Virus genome (UHGV): UHGV-1367122
DNA: 50,808 nucleotides
Direction: 5' to 3' (one strand)
Origin: a virus
The translations under genes were made by a program, and so were the position numbers. Under the pieces are notes generated by a model. It was not told the origin of the DNA. It did not search any database and saw only the letters and a program-made list of their open reading frames with translations. Shown here piece after piece: positions 37,852-46,915 of this stretch (the first letter of the stretch is position 1; every line of letters starts with the position of its first letter).

Positions 37852-38057
37852 AGTTTGTAATAGTAAGAGCTAAATGCAAGCTCTCAAATGAAGGTACTAA
37901 AGTACTTCAGTATGATGCAGATAATGTTACAGAACAAAATGCTTGTGATGATATAGAAGTATTTAGAGCGAATTTGAAAAAGACAATTGAGGCACAAATG
38001 GGAGTTGCTGTAAGGTCAATAACATTAACTTATGAAGAACGCGACGATAGAAAGTGA
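37848..38057 (+). CDS. Small hypothetical protein (69 aa)
   Basis: ORF track. Confidence 0.3.
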   Translation: MKFVIVRAKCKLSNEGTKVLQYDADNVTEQNACDDIEVFRANLKKTIEAQMGVAVRSITLTYEERDDRK

Positions 38058-38334
38058 AAAGGTAATTGAGCGTAAATTAGTTGAAGCTGTAAAAGCAAAT
38101 GGCGGTATGTGCATAAAGCTTTTATGCGACCACCTACTCGGCCTACCAGATAGAATGGTCTTAATGCCTCATAGCAAAATAGCCTTTGCTGAGCTAAAAA
38201 CAACTGGGCAAAAACCACGGCGTATTCAAGTATTTATGCACAACAAACTTAGAAATCTAGGCTTCAGGGTCGAAGTTATTGATACAGTGGAAGGTGTAAA
38301 TAATTTTATAAATAGCATAATTTTTAACAAATGA
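38032..38334 (+). CDS. VRR-NUC domain nuclease (100 aa)
   Basis: GLPDRMVLMP...AFAELKTTGQKPRRIQ (PD...E.K core); classic partner upstream of the SNF2 helicase. Confidence 0.65.
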   Translation: MKNATIESEKVIERKLVEAVKANGGMCIKLLCDHLLGLPDRMVLMPHSKIAFAELKTTGQKPRRIQVFMHNKLRNLGFRVEVIDTVEGVNNFINSIIFNK

Positions 38335-38735
38335 CAGAAAAGGAATTAAAAGATACACGCGCGAAAAACGAGGAGCTAGTGGCTAAAGCGTGTGTTTATA
38401 CTAATGCAGCCTATGCGCTCGTAGAAGTGGCAGACAGCATTATGCTAGATGTTAACGGCATGCTGAAGAGCGTTGGCGCAGAATTAAACAGAGGCGAAAA
38501 AGCCAAATATAAAAATGCGCTAAAAGTCGGAAAGAATTTTAAGGTATGGCTAAAAGATTTAGCAAAAATTGTATATGAAATAGATAACGCAGAGCACGCC
38601 TTAGAAGATTCTGATATGTTATACGACATAATGCTCCTTATAATAGATAGGTGTGGTGGAGAAATGGACACGCTGACTAAAATAAGGGCTATGCTATTCA
38701 ATAATTTTAAGTCAAAATATGGCTACTATAAATAG
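38331..38735 (+). CDS. Hypothetical protein (134 aa)
   Basis: ORF track. Confidence 0.4.
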   Translation: MTEKELKDTRAKNEELVAKACVYTNAAYALVEVADSIMLDVNGMLKSVGAELNRGEKAKYKNALKVGKNFKVWLKDLAKIVYEIDNAEHALEDSDMLYDIMLLIIDRCGGEMDTLTKIRAMLFNNFKSKYGYYK

Positions 38736-40179
38736 TATGTTAGTAGAGTCTGATTTGCATAATTATCAAAAAGCTTGCGTTGAGCATATAATTACTCACC
38801 CATTTTGCGGAGTATTTCTGGATATGGGTTTAGGTAAAACCGTGTCAACGCTTACCGCTATAAATTATCTTATGAATGACTATTGCGAAATAAACACGAC
38901 TTTAGTAATCGCTCCAAAGCGAGTAGCTGAGTCTGTTTGGCAAGAAGAAGCTGAAAAATGGACCCATTTACAGCATTTACGTTTTTCAAAGATAATGGGC
39001 ACTCAAAAACAGCGCGTGGCCGCCGTTATGGAAACAAAAGCTGACATATATATAATCTCAAGAGATAATATAGCATGGCTGTGTGCGTTATATGGCGGCG
39101 GCAAGCTGCCATTTGATATGGTAGTAATAGATGAGCTCAGCAGCTTTAAGTCTTACAAGTCTGTTAGATTTAAGGCACTACGTGGAGCAAGGCCCTATCT
39201 TAAGCGCTTAGTAGGCCTAACAGGTACCCCGGCGCCTAATGGGCTTATTGATTTGTGGCCCCAAATATATCTTATGGATAGAGGGGACCGGCTAGAAAAG
39301 ACTATTTCTAGGTACAGAGAAAAGTATTTCCGGCCGGGCCAAACAAATGGTCACGTGGTATATTCTTATAATTTGATGAGTGACTCAGAGCAGCTTATTC
39401 ATAAGAAAATAGAGGATATTTGCATAAGTATGAAAGCTGATGATTATCTTGAAATGCCTATGCGCACAGATAATTATATTAGGCTTAGAATGCCGGACGA
39501 CGTAAAAAGGCAATACGATGATTTCGAAAAGAATAAAGTACTTGACTTACTTAGCACAGTTGAAACAGTAGAGGAAGAAGACGAAAATGGCAATATTGCG
39601 CTTGTGCAAAAGCCTGTTGAAGTAAATGTGGTAAATGCAGCCGCTTTATCAAACAAATTATTGCAGTTTGCAAACGGGGCTATCTATGACGAAGATAAAA
39701 ATGTGTTTCCAATCCATGATATTAAACTTGAGGCCCTTAAAGAAATAGTCGAAGCCACTAATGGGCAATCCGTGCTCGTAGCGTGGACCTACCAATTTGA
39801 TAGAGACAGAATACTTGAGCACTTAAAAAGCTATAAACCAAGGGAGTTAAAAACCAATAAAGATATAGAAGACTGGAATGTTGGTAAAATACAAGTGATG
39901 CTAGCGCACCCAGCTTCCGCAGGCCACGGGCTTAATCTCCAGGCAGGCGGGAATATAATAGTCTGGTTTGGACAAACCTGGAGCCTAGAACTATATCAAC
40001 AATTCAATGCCAGATTATACCGCCAAGGCCAACAAAAAGGAGTTATTGTACACCACCTTATTATGAAAGATACACATGATGAAGATGTAATACAAGCTCT
40101 TAAGGCGAAGGACAGAAAGCAAAATGCTCTTATGGATAGTATAAAAGCAAAAATTAACAAATATAAAAAATTTATGTAA
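38719..40179 (+). CDS. SNF2-family (DEAD-like) helicase (486 aa)
   Basis: Motif I LDMGLGKT, motif II VVIDELSSFKS, motif VI QFNARLYRQGQ. Confidence 0.85.
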   Translation: MATINSMLVESDLHNYQKACVEHIITHPFCGVFLDMGLGKTVSTLTAINYLMNDYCEINTTLVIAPKRVAESVWQEEAEKWTHLQHLRFSKIMGTQKQRVAAVMETKADIYIISRDNIAWLCALYGGGKLPFDMVVIDELSSFKSYKSVRFKALRGARPYLKRLVGLTGTPAPNGLIDLWPQIYLMDRGDRLEKTISRYREKYFRPGQTNGHVVYSYNLMSDSEQLIHKKIEDICISMKADDYLEMPMRTDNYIRLRMPDDVKRQYDDFEKNKVLDLLSTVETVEEEDENGNIALVQKPVEVNVVNAAALSNKLLQFANGAIYDEDKNVFPIHDIKLEALKEIVEATNGQSVLVAWTYQFDRDRILEHLKSYKPRELKTNKDIEDWNVGKIQVMLAHPASAGHGLNLQAGGNIIVWFGQTWSLELYQQFNARLYRQGQQKGVIVHHLIMKDTHDEDVIQALKAKDRKQNALMDSIKAKINKYKKFM

Positions 40180-40181
40180 CT

Positions 40182-40505
40182 ATGGGACGTAATGGAAAAA
40201 AGGAACCGGTATTTACAAGGCTAGTAGAATTTGTAAATGGCAATGTAGGAAAAATAGTAACCTCACAGGAAATACTATTAGGAAATGAACCTAGTAGAGC
40301 CGCAGAAACAGCATATCTATACAAGCTAATAAAGCTAGGCTATGTAAGGCCCGCGAATAAAGGCTTTGTAATGCACAAAGATACAACGTATGAAATACTA
40401 AAGCCTTTTCCGCCTAAATATAATTCTGTAGCGCTTATGAAAGAGCTGAGAATAGCTAATGGTTTAATTCCTGAAAATAATACAAGTAAAATAGAACTGA
40501 GTTAA
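40182..40505 (+). CDS. Hypothetical protein (107 aa)
   Basis: ORF track. Confidence 0.35.
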   Translation: MGRNGKKEPVFTRLVEFVNGNVGKIVTSQEILLGNEPSRAAETAYLYKLIKLGYVRPANKGFVMHKDTTYEILKPFPPKYNSVALMKELRIANGLIPENNTSKIELS

Positions 40506-40620
40506 TAAGTGTCAAATATGTAATTTTTAGAATAAAAAAATTTTCTATTCTCGTAAAAAATTAGTATATTTGCATATAGATAATAAAAGATAAGATAATA
40601 ACTAACTTTAATATATAAAT

Positions 40621-40827
40621 ATGGAAAGAAAAATAGGAGAAGTATTTAACTACCACTACAGTGTTAAGCTGCAAGTAGCCGAATCCGATGTTAAGTCCGG
40701 ATGCAAGGGATGCTATTTTGAAGATTCCTTCCAAGGCCGTTGCAGAAGGCCCGTAGAGTATAGTATGAGTTGTACTAATATAGACAGAAAGGACCATAAA
40801 AATGTAATTTTCAGAGAAGTAAAATAA
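40621..40827 (+). CDS. Small Cys-containing hypothetical protein (68 aa)
   Basis: ORF track; an ATTCTCG box lies upstream at 40546. Confidence 0.3.
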   Translation: MERKIGEVFNYHYSVKLQVAESDVKSGCKGCYFEDSFQGRCRRPVEYSMSCTNIDRKDHKNVIFREVK

Positions 40828-40839
40828 TAATTTTAAGAT

Positions 40840-41139
40840 ATGAGTAACATACTAGAAAGAGCAAATAAAATCGTGAATGAGCGCTCAGAAGAAAAAGAGC
40901 GTCAATATGGGCCCTTTAATTTATCAATGGAAAAAGCTGCGCTTATTTATAACCTTATGGCTCCAAAAGGCGAGCGAATAACTACGGCTGGCATGTATAG
41001 AGCAATGATAGCCCTTAAATTATCACGTGAATCGCACGCGCACAAAGAAGATAACCTCCTCGACGCAGTGGCATATATAGGAGCTCTGAATGATTATCTT
41101 GAAGAAAACGGCGGGTATTATGAATCACAAAAAAGATAA
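40840..41139 (+). CDS. Hypothetical protein (99 aa) with an ERQYG motif
   Basis: ORF track; not assigned. Confidence 0.35.
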   Translation: MSNILERANKIVNERSEEKERQYGPFNLSMEKAALIYNLMAPKGERITTAGMYRAMIALKLSRESHAHKEDNLLDAVAYIGALNDYLEENGGYYESQKR

Positions 41140-41142
41140 GTT

Positions 41143-41637
41143 ATGAACGAGAAATTGAATTTGGTAGAAATACTAAAAGATTGTCCAACAGGAACTAAGT
41201 TGTATTCAACTGTATTTGGAGAAGTTGAATTTGACCACTATGATAAAAGTAGCGTTGAATATCCAATCTTCATAAGACTGGAAAATTTAGCCGGACGTGA
41301 AAGTATTACTGCAGAAGGAAAGTTATTTGCGAACTATGACGGAGAATGTATTTTGTTTCCCAGCAGAGAGCAGAGAGATTGGTCTAAGTTCAAGCAAAAT
41401 AAGGAGAGGTTTGACCCTAAGACATTGAAGCCATTTGATAAGGTGTTAGTGAGAGATTCAGGCGCTTACTCGCGGAGATGCGCATTTTATTCTCACACAA
41501 AAGAAAACGATAGCCAATTTAGATACGTAACTGAAAATAGTGCGTATGAATACTGCATACCATACAACAATGACACTAAGCATCTTATTGGTAAAACAGA
41601 AAATGCACCAGAATTTTATAGATATTGGGAGGATTAA
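41143..41637 (+). CDS. Hypothetical protein (164 aa)
   Basis: ORF track. Confidence 0.35.
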   Translation: MNEKLNLVEILKDCPTGTKLYSTVFGEVEFDHYDKSSVEYPIFIRLENLAGRESITAEGKLFANYDGECILFPSREQRDWSKFKQNKERFDPKTLKPFDKVLVRDSGAYSRRCAFYSHTKENDSQFRYVTENSAYEYCIPYNNDTKHLIGKTENAPEFYRYWED

Positions 41638-41640
41638 GTT

Positions 41641-41988
41641 ATGACAAGAGAAGAAGAAATAAGGAATGCGATTGATACAATAATTCCAATACGACCTTCT
41701 GAGAACGGAAGAACTTATGAACAGGCGTTGATGGCGACTGGCTTTGGAAAAGGCGCAAAGTGGGCAGATGAACACCCTAAAAATCCTTGGATAAGTGTTA
41801 AAGATGATTTGCCTTGTAATCACGCAGAAATGCTTCACCCAATGTGTAATATCAAAACACAATGTGTTATTACAAGTATAAGAGGACTTTGTTATATAAA
41901 CAATATGCTAAAATATAAAGACAAGTGGATAAGGGAAATGGATAAACCTACTCACTGGACGCCGATTCCTAAACTGCCTAAAGAATAG
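41641..41988 (+). CDS. Hypothetical protein (115 aa)
   Basis: ORF track. Confidence 0.35.
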   Translation: MTREEEIRNAIDTIIPIRPSENGRTYEQALMATGFGKGAKWADEHPKNPWISVKDDLPCNHAEMLHPMCNIKTQCVITSIRGLCYINNMLKYKDKWIREMDKPTHWTPIPKLPKE

Positions 41989-42024
41989 GTATATGTAAGA
42001 TAATTTTTATAAAATACAAGTAAC

Positions 42025-42453
42025 ATGAAAGACGCATTATTTAAGATTGATGAATTCTGCAAAGCTAACCGCATTGAGTATATAGTTACGGGAACCATGG
42101 CCCTATATTTACTCGGCGTTCCTTCACGGTATATTCCGCAGGATATAGACATTAAAGTATTTAACCTGACAGGAGAACAGGTTAAAATGCTTAAACAACT
42201 CCAATTTTTGTCTGGCCTTAATAACTCAAATTATGAAGATGGCGAGTGCTATTCGTTCATTGTAAATGGCGTAAAGATTAATGCCATTGTAGGCCTAGCA
42301 AAATTCGAAGAGCAATATGTAAGCCTTAATTTTGCCGGCAATATAGACGTGCAGCTCGTGAAAGGTGCACTTATCGATAAGATGAAGCTTAAAAGAGAGA
42401 AAGATAAAGACTATTTAATCGACCTCGTCGGCAATTTAACTTCTTTGATATGA
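42025..42453 (+). CDS. Possible minimal nucleotidyltransferase-fold protein (142 aa)
   Basis: GTMALYLLG...QDIDIKV loosely resembles the GS...DxD nucleotidyltransferase core. Confidence 0.3.
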   Translation: MKDALFKIDEFCKANRIEYIVTGTMALYLLGVPSRYIPQDIDIKVFNLTGEQVKMLKQLQFLSGLNNSNYEDGECYSFIVNGVKINAIVGLAKFEEQYVSLNFAGNIDVQLVKGALIDKMKLKREKDKDYLIDLVGNLTSLI

Positions 42454-42944
42454 AATTTGCAAAAGTAAGAGATGTAAAGTCTCCAGTTCGGGGGACTGGT
42501 AAAGCGGCCGGAATTGATTTTTTCGTGCCAAATTTTGGCGGTAACAAGGGCCTAATAGTTAATCCCGGGGCAGACGTACTTATACCGTCTGGCATTAAGA
42601 TGGAAATTCCGGAGGGCTATATGCTAATGGCCGCAGACAAATCTGGGGTAGTAACTTCCAAGTGGGCCTGCATTGGCGCCGGTAGAACACCAAAGGCAGA
42701 GGCCTTTGAAAGCATTGTTATCCTAGGCGCTAAAATTGTAGACGAAGACTACCAAGGAGAAATTTTCATACACCTTATAAATGTAGGTAGGGCTAAAGTT
42801 TACGTTAAGCCTGGTATGAAAATGGCACAATTTATTCTCGTGCCGGTGTCTTATGAAATGCTTGAAGAAGTGCCAGAAGCAGAGCTTTTTAGCCGTTTAT
42901 CTGCGCGCGGCGATGGCACCCTTGGCTCGACGGGAAGCTATTAA
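42450..42944 (+). CDS. dut: dUTP pyrophosphatase
   Basis: Motif I AAGIDFF, motif III GAKIVDEDYQGEI, motif V RGDGTLGSTG. Confidence 0.85.
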   Translation: MKFAKVRDVKSPVRGTGKAAGIDFFVPNFGGNKGLIVNPGADVLIPSGIKMEIPEGYMLMAADKSGVVTSKWACIGAGRTPKAEAFESIVILGAKIVDEDYQGEIFIHLINVGRAKVYVKPGMKMAQFILVPVSYEMLEEVPEAELFSRLSARGDGTLGSTGSY

Positions 42945-42961
42945 ATCGAATAATTTACGCT

Positions 42962-43050
42962 TTATTCTCGCGCGTCACATGGCACTTAAAGTATGAAGCA
43001 AAAGGAAAATACTCAGAAAACTAAGTGCTCCATAAAACGCGCGAGAATAT
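42962..43050. promoter_or_regulatory. Inverted repeat TTATTCTCGCGCGT ... ACGCGCGAGAATAT (ATTCTCGC boxes) flanking a 61-bp spacer
   Basis: Seen directly; belongs to the dispersed ATTCTCGC motif family. Confidence 0.5.
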
Positions 43051-43225
43051 AAAATTAAATAATTCACTTATAATGGACGCGTACACCCTTATAATAGACA
43101 GCCCCATTGAATTAGAGGCAGAAATGTGCAGGTATAATAGCCACACAAGAGAAGAACTTGAAGAGATTCTTAAGCAAGAATATAATGCAAGTCTAGTATT
43201 AAATTTCAAAATATAGAGGACTATC

Positions 43226-43414
43226 ATGATGAAAAAAATAATTAGCTACGCTTGGCGCGTATTAGGCGCTTTTTATTTCCCGGTATACCTAGTATTTTGG
43301 GTACTTCACAAAATAGCAAGACTTATTTTAGCGCTATCCTATTTTGGAATGCTTAATAAGAGAACAGGTAATGACATAATTAAACACTTATTTATGTGGC
43401 ATGGAAAGCATTGA
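43226..43414 (+). CDS. Small membrane protein (62 aa)
   Basis: ORF track; hydrophobic segment VLGAFYFPVYLVFWVL. Confidence 0.3.
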   Translation: MMKKIISYAWRVLGAFYFPVYLVFWVLHKIARLILALSYFGMLNKRTGNDIIKHLFMWHGKH

Positions 43415-44261
43415 AGAAAAAGGCGGCCACTTAGAAGACAGTGAGCTATATGATTTTATAGAAGAGATACAAAGCGAAGACGTAAAAGGAGAAAGCACCG
43501 AAAAAACAAGCGGCGAGGCGCAAGATATTATTTCAGAGCTGCCTGAAAACGCTGAAATTGAGGCCTATTACGGTAATGACGCCTGGAGAATGCCGCCTAT
43601 ATATGCGGGAAACCAAGGTCGTATTACTGTACTATATGGGCCTGAAGTTAAACAAAAAGCGGCTGAAGGGCGCAGAGAAGCCGCTAAAGAAAAAAGTCGG
43701 CGCCTAAAAAATGAGAGACTGCGTATTCAACGAGAAGCCTTTAGTCAGGAGCTAATAAGTTTAAGCGACAAAATAGAAACGCCGCATATAAAATTGCTTA
43801 TAGCCGCGCTGACGAAAGAGCATACTCGCATGATAAATAGGTACTCCAGTTTTATAAATAACCGGCTTACCTCGTTACTAAATCCTTTTATACCACCCCG
43901 CTTAAAAAATTGTAGGCTACTTTATCCGGATTCCATACGCATGAGCCCTGGCTTTATGTATAAAGCGAGTAAAGAATACGGGAACGGGTTAACCTTCTGG
44001 GCGACGCCTTTAATACCCTATTACTTTGCGCAAAATACAGAGCAGGCCATACTACTAAAAAACAAGCCTACATTTTTATACTCAATTGATAAGGCTGTAG
44101 GCTTTTACCATTGGCACTTAAAACAAAGGCAAGAAAAAGAGCTTAGATACGCCTCTGCTGTTATACAAAAAGGCGTCTCTTCTTATTATGATTTGCTTAA
44201 GTTTAATCCTTTTTGGTTTGAAGTACTGTATAACGAATTAAAAAATAAACAAGATGACTAA
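43401..44261 (+). CDS. Hypothetical protein (286 aa), translationally coupled to the downstream response regulator
   Basis: The stop overlaps the start of 44254-44952. Confidence 0.45.
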   Translation: MESIEEKGGHLEDSELYDFIEEIQSEDVKGESTEKTSGEAQDIISELPENAEIEAYYGNDAWRMPPIYAGNQGRITVLYGPEVKQKAAEGRREAAKEKSRRLKNERLRIQREAFSQELISLSDKIETPHIKLLIAALTKEHTRMINRYSSFINNRLTSLLNPFIPPRLKNCRLLYPDSIRMSPGFMYKASKEYGNGLTFWATPLIPYYFAQNTEQAILLKNKPTFLYSIDKAVGFYHWHLKQRQEKELRYASAVIQKGVSSYYDLLKFNPFWFEVLYNELKNKQDD

Positions 44262-44952
44262 TCAAGTTGCGCTACCACGCATACTAGTCTATCAAGACGA
44301 AGACTGTAGCGTATTATTAGAGTATTTAACTTTTTGTGGATTCGGAGTAATAGAGGCCACAGAAGAAAATGTGCTGGCTAAAATACAGGATGGCCGGTAT
44401 GATATGTGTATTATAAGCCCACTTAAGGCTTGCGCAAAAGATAATTTTAAGCTTTTACGGGCGCAAAAAGAGGCTGATAAAAACAAGCCCATAATTTTTT
44501 TATCCGGCTTATCCGCGTATACTTGTAAGATAGAAGCCTTTGAGCTAGGCGTCGATGACTATGTTATCCGGCCCTTTAATTTTGAGGAGCTCGTTTATAG
44601 AATAAAGGCTTTATTAAAGAGGTGCGGTATTAAAAGCCGAAAAATAGAGGACACTTATAAAATAGGTAACTATACCTTTAATACGCAGTTCAAAAGCTTG
44701 GAGTTAAAAGGAACAGAAATAAAGCTAACTATCATAGAAAACAAAGTACTTGCCCTCTTATGTGCGTACCAAAACGAGATACTTACAAAAGAAATGTTAT
44801 TGCGCGATATATGGGGAGACGATAATTTTTTTATTAAGCGTAGCTTAGACGTTCACGTATGTAGGCTGCGAAATCATTTGAAACAGGACAGTAATATAAA
44901 AATAGAAACGGTTAGGGGTTTAGGCTATTCCCTTACGGTATCTAATAACTAA
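44254..44952 (+). CDS. OmpR/PhoB-family response regulator (receiver domain + winged-helix DNA-binding domain), 232 aa
   Basis: REC-like ILVYQDED...RYDMCIISP...PIIFLSG...GVDDYVIRPF (conserved Lys replaced by Arg); C-terminal LTIIENKVLALLCAYQNEILTKEMLLRDIWG...RSLDVHVCRLRNHL...IETVRGLGYSL matches the Trans_reg_C domain. Confidence 0.75.
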   Translation: MTNQVALPRILVYQDEDCSVLLEYLTFCGFGVIEATEENVLAKIQDGRYDMCIISPLKACAKDNFKLLRAQKEADKNKPIIFLSGLSAYTCKIEAFELGVDDYVIRPFNFEELVYRIKALLKRCGIKSRKIEDTYKIGNYTFNTQFKSLELKGTEIKLTIIENKVLALLCAYQNEILTKEMLLRDIWGDDNFFIKRSLDVHVCRLRNHLKQDSNIKIETVRGLGYSLTVSNN

Positions 44953-45002
44953 GATTGTTTACGGCGCGCGCGAGTGGACCCTTGGCCTACACTCTATATA
45001 AT

Positions 45003-45033
45003 AATAGGGCTGCCATACAGTGGCAGCCCTATT
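45003..45033. terminator. Bidirectional terminator hairpin AATAGGGCTGCCA-TACAG-TGGCAGCCCTATT between the convergent arms
   Basis: Perfect 13-bp stem flanked by AT-rich sequence on both sides; all upstream genes are +, all downstream genes are -. Confidence 0.7.
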
Positions 45034-45050
45034 ATAATACAATATCGCTA

Positions 45051-46091
45051 TTAGATAAGCGGGTCCGCTTCATTTGCAGCGTCCGCCGACTGCGTGTCCG
45101 CTTCATTTGCGGCGTCTGCCGACTGAGCGGCCTGAGCCGCCAAATAAGCCTCTAGCTTAGCCTTTGCCTCGGCAAGCACCTTGCGCTTTGCCTCTAGTAC
45201 TTGCTCCGCTTTTTGCAGCCGTTCCTCAGCTTTTTTTACAGCCTCTTCGCAGAAAAGCACGCGCTCCTGTGGATTAAAAGATTCTGAGTTGCCTTTGTTT
45301 TCAAGGCGCGCACGATACTTCTTATTGCGTGCCAGACCCTCTTCGTCAAAGTCTTCGGCAATTTGCAAGTCGGCACTTGTTACTTTGTATACAAATTTTA
45401 CTGCCTCGGGGTCCTCGGCCGTGGGTGCAGGCGTTGCTATTTTGTAGAGCAAGCTCTTGGCTCGTTTGTCAATAACTATTGCTACAATACGGCCGTCACG
45501 GTAGTCTACTTTTTTGCCTACGTTTTCAACGGCTTTGCTAAGCTCCTCTTCTACTCTTTCGGGAGTCCATTCTACACGGTCTTTTGCTTTGCGCTTTTTT
45601 CTTTCAAGCGTTACGGTGGTATCCAGTATCTTCAGCAGCTTGCTGTCATGCACCTTAACAATACGGCGGCTATCGTTGGTCTTAATAGCGTAAAGCACTT
45701 TGTTGCTGCGCTTGTCCTCTACGACGCCGGCTATATAGCCGTCAACCCACTCAGCGCTATTAAAAGGCACAACCTGACACATGTGGTAAAGGTTGCCTTT
45801 TAACTCGGCAGCAATAGCGTGCCGTTCCTCGTCAGTCAGCTTGGCTGCTTTATTTTGCGCGCGACCGCTATAAAGCGGGTTAAGCCCATCATTATTCTCG
45901 GCGGCCTCAATTGCGGCCTCTTCCTCGGGAGTAAGAGGCTCTTCGTCTACAGCCTCAGCAGCATTAGCCATTTCCATTTGTTCGCGCTTGGCAAGCTCGG
46001 CCTCAATAGCCGCTTTGTCCTCTTCGTTTGCCGTTGCCAGGAGGGCATTTAATTTCTTCGTCGCCAGCTTCTTAAAATTTTTGGTTGCCAT
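45051..46091 (-). CDS. Hypothetical acidic, Ala/Glu-rich protein (346 aa) with C-terminal tandem QSADAANEAD repeat
   Basis: ORF track; 30-bp tandem duplication at about 45060-45125. Confidence 0.5.
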   Translation of the reverse strand: MATKNFKKLATKKLNALLATANEEDKAAIEAELAKREQMEMANAAEAVDEEPLTPEEEAAIEAAENNDGLNPLYSGRAQNKAAKLTDEERHAIAAELKGNLYHMCQVVPFNSAEWVDGYIAGVVEDKRSNKVLYAIKTNDSRRIVKVHDSKLLKILDTTVTLERKKRKAKDRVEWTPERVEEELSKAVENVGKKVDYRDGRIVAIVIDKRAKSLLYKIATPAPTAEDPEAVKFVYKVTSADLQIAEDFDEEGLARNKKYRARLENKGNSESFNPQERVLFCEEAVKKAEERLQKAEQVLEAKRKVLAEAKAKLEAYLAAQAAQSADAANEADTQSADAANEADPLI

Positions 46092-46226
46092 AGTTTTGAA
46101 AATTAAAAGAGTTAAACGTTATTTTTGCTTTTTGCTCTATTTTCATGTACAAAGATACTAACTTTTTTTGAGCCGCAAAAGTTTTTATATAAATTATTAC
46201 GCTAAAATTATTTAACACCTCTGGTG

Positions 46227-46385
46227 TTATTCGTCCGCGTTAACCACGCCCAAGACAACTGCGAGAGCTATAAGGGCTAAGGCGCTAATAACAAGCCAGA
46301 AAGGCGAAAATGCCTCAATAAAAGGCACACCTAAAAACACGACAAGCATGCTGACACCGTTTAATAAATTTTTATACCGTTTCAT
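46227..46385 (-). CDS. Small hydrophobic protein (~52 aa, two TM segments), below the ORF-track size cut-off
   Basis: Manual translation MKRYKNLLNGVSMLVVFLGVPFIEAFSPFWLVISALALIALAVVLGVVNADE. Confidence 0.3.
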   Translation of the reverse strand: MKRYKNLLNGVSMLVVFLGVPFIEAFSPFWLVISALALIALAVVLGVVNADE

Positions 46386-46390
46386 TTTAC

Positions 46391-46894
46391 TTAATTATTA
46401 ATGGTTAGTACTACATGGGCTTCGCCATACACGCGAACCTCGCCACACACCTCAGAGTTACCGTACACGTTAACTCCACCGCACACGTGAGCCCTGCCAT
46501 GTACATGGGCCTCGCCGTGCACACGGGCCGCGCCATATACATAGGCCTCATCGTACACATGGGCCTCGCCGTATACCCAAGCCTCGTCGTCTATATGGGC
46601 TTCACCATACACGTGCGCCCACCCACATACGATGGCCTCGCCGTATATTTGAGCCTGGCCGTATACTTGAGCCTGGGCGTACACGATGGCATCATCATAC
46701 ACATACGCGCTGCCGTACACGCAGGCCTCGCCGTACACCCAGGCCATATCATGCTGCGATAAGTTTTCTTCGCTTTCGATAAAGCCACCTTTATCGCCTT
46801 TTTTAACTCGGCCGAAATCCCGTAAAGCCTCTATCCTGTAGAGGGTGTGGCCGTCAATAGTAATTGTCTCCTGAGTGAGCTTGTACTTTTTCAT
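46391..46894 (-). CDS. Hexapeptide-repeat (xVYGEA) protein, paralogue A: conserved ~48-aa N-terminal domain + ~18 repeats
   Basis: N-terminus MKKYKLTQETITIDGHTLYRIEALRDFGRVKKGDKGGFIESEENLS; 18-bp DNA periodicity. Confidence 0.7.
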   Translation of the reverse strand: MKKYKLTQETITIDGHTLYRIEALRDFGRVKKGDKGGFIESEENLSQHDMAWVYGEACVYGSAYVYDDAIVYAQAQVYGQAQIYGEAIVCGWAHVYGEAHIDDEAWVYGEAHVYDEAYVYGAARVHGEAHVHGRAHVCGGVNVYGNSEVCGEVRVYGEAHVVLTINN

Positions 46895-46915
46895 TTTAGT
46901 AAGTTTTAAGGGTTG

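Noticed and set aside
42025-42453. Calling 42025-42453 a defence or anti-defence nucleotidyltransferase
   Set aside because: Only a loose resemblance to the GS...DxD nucleotidyltransferase core was seen. This is insufficient without a profile search.
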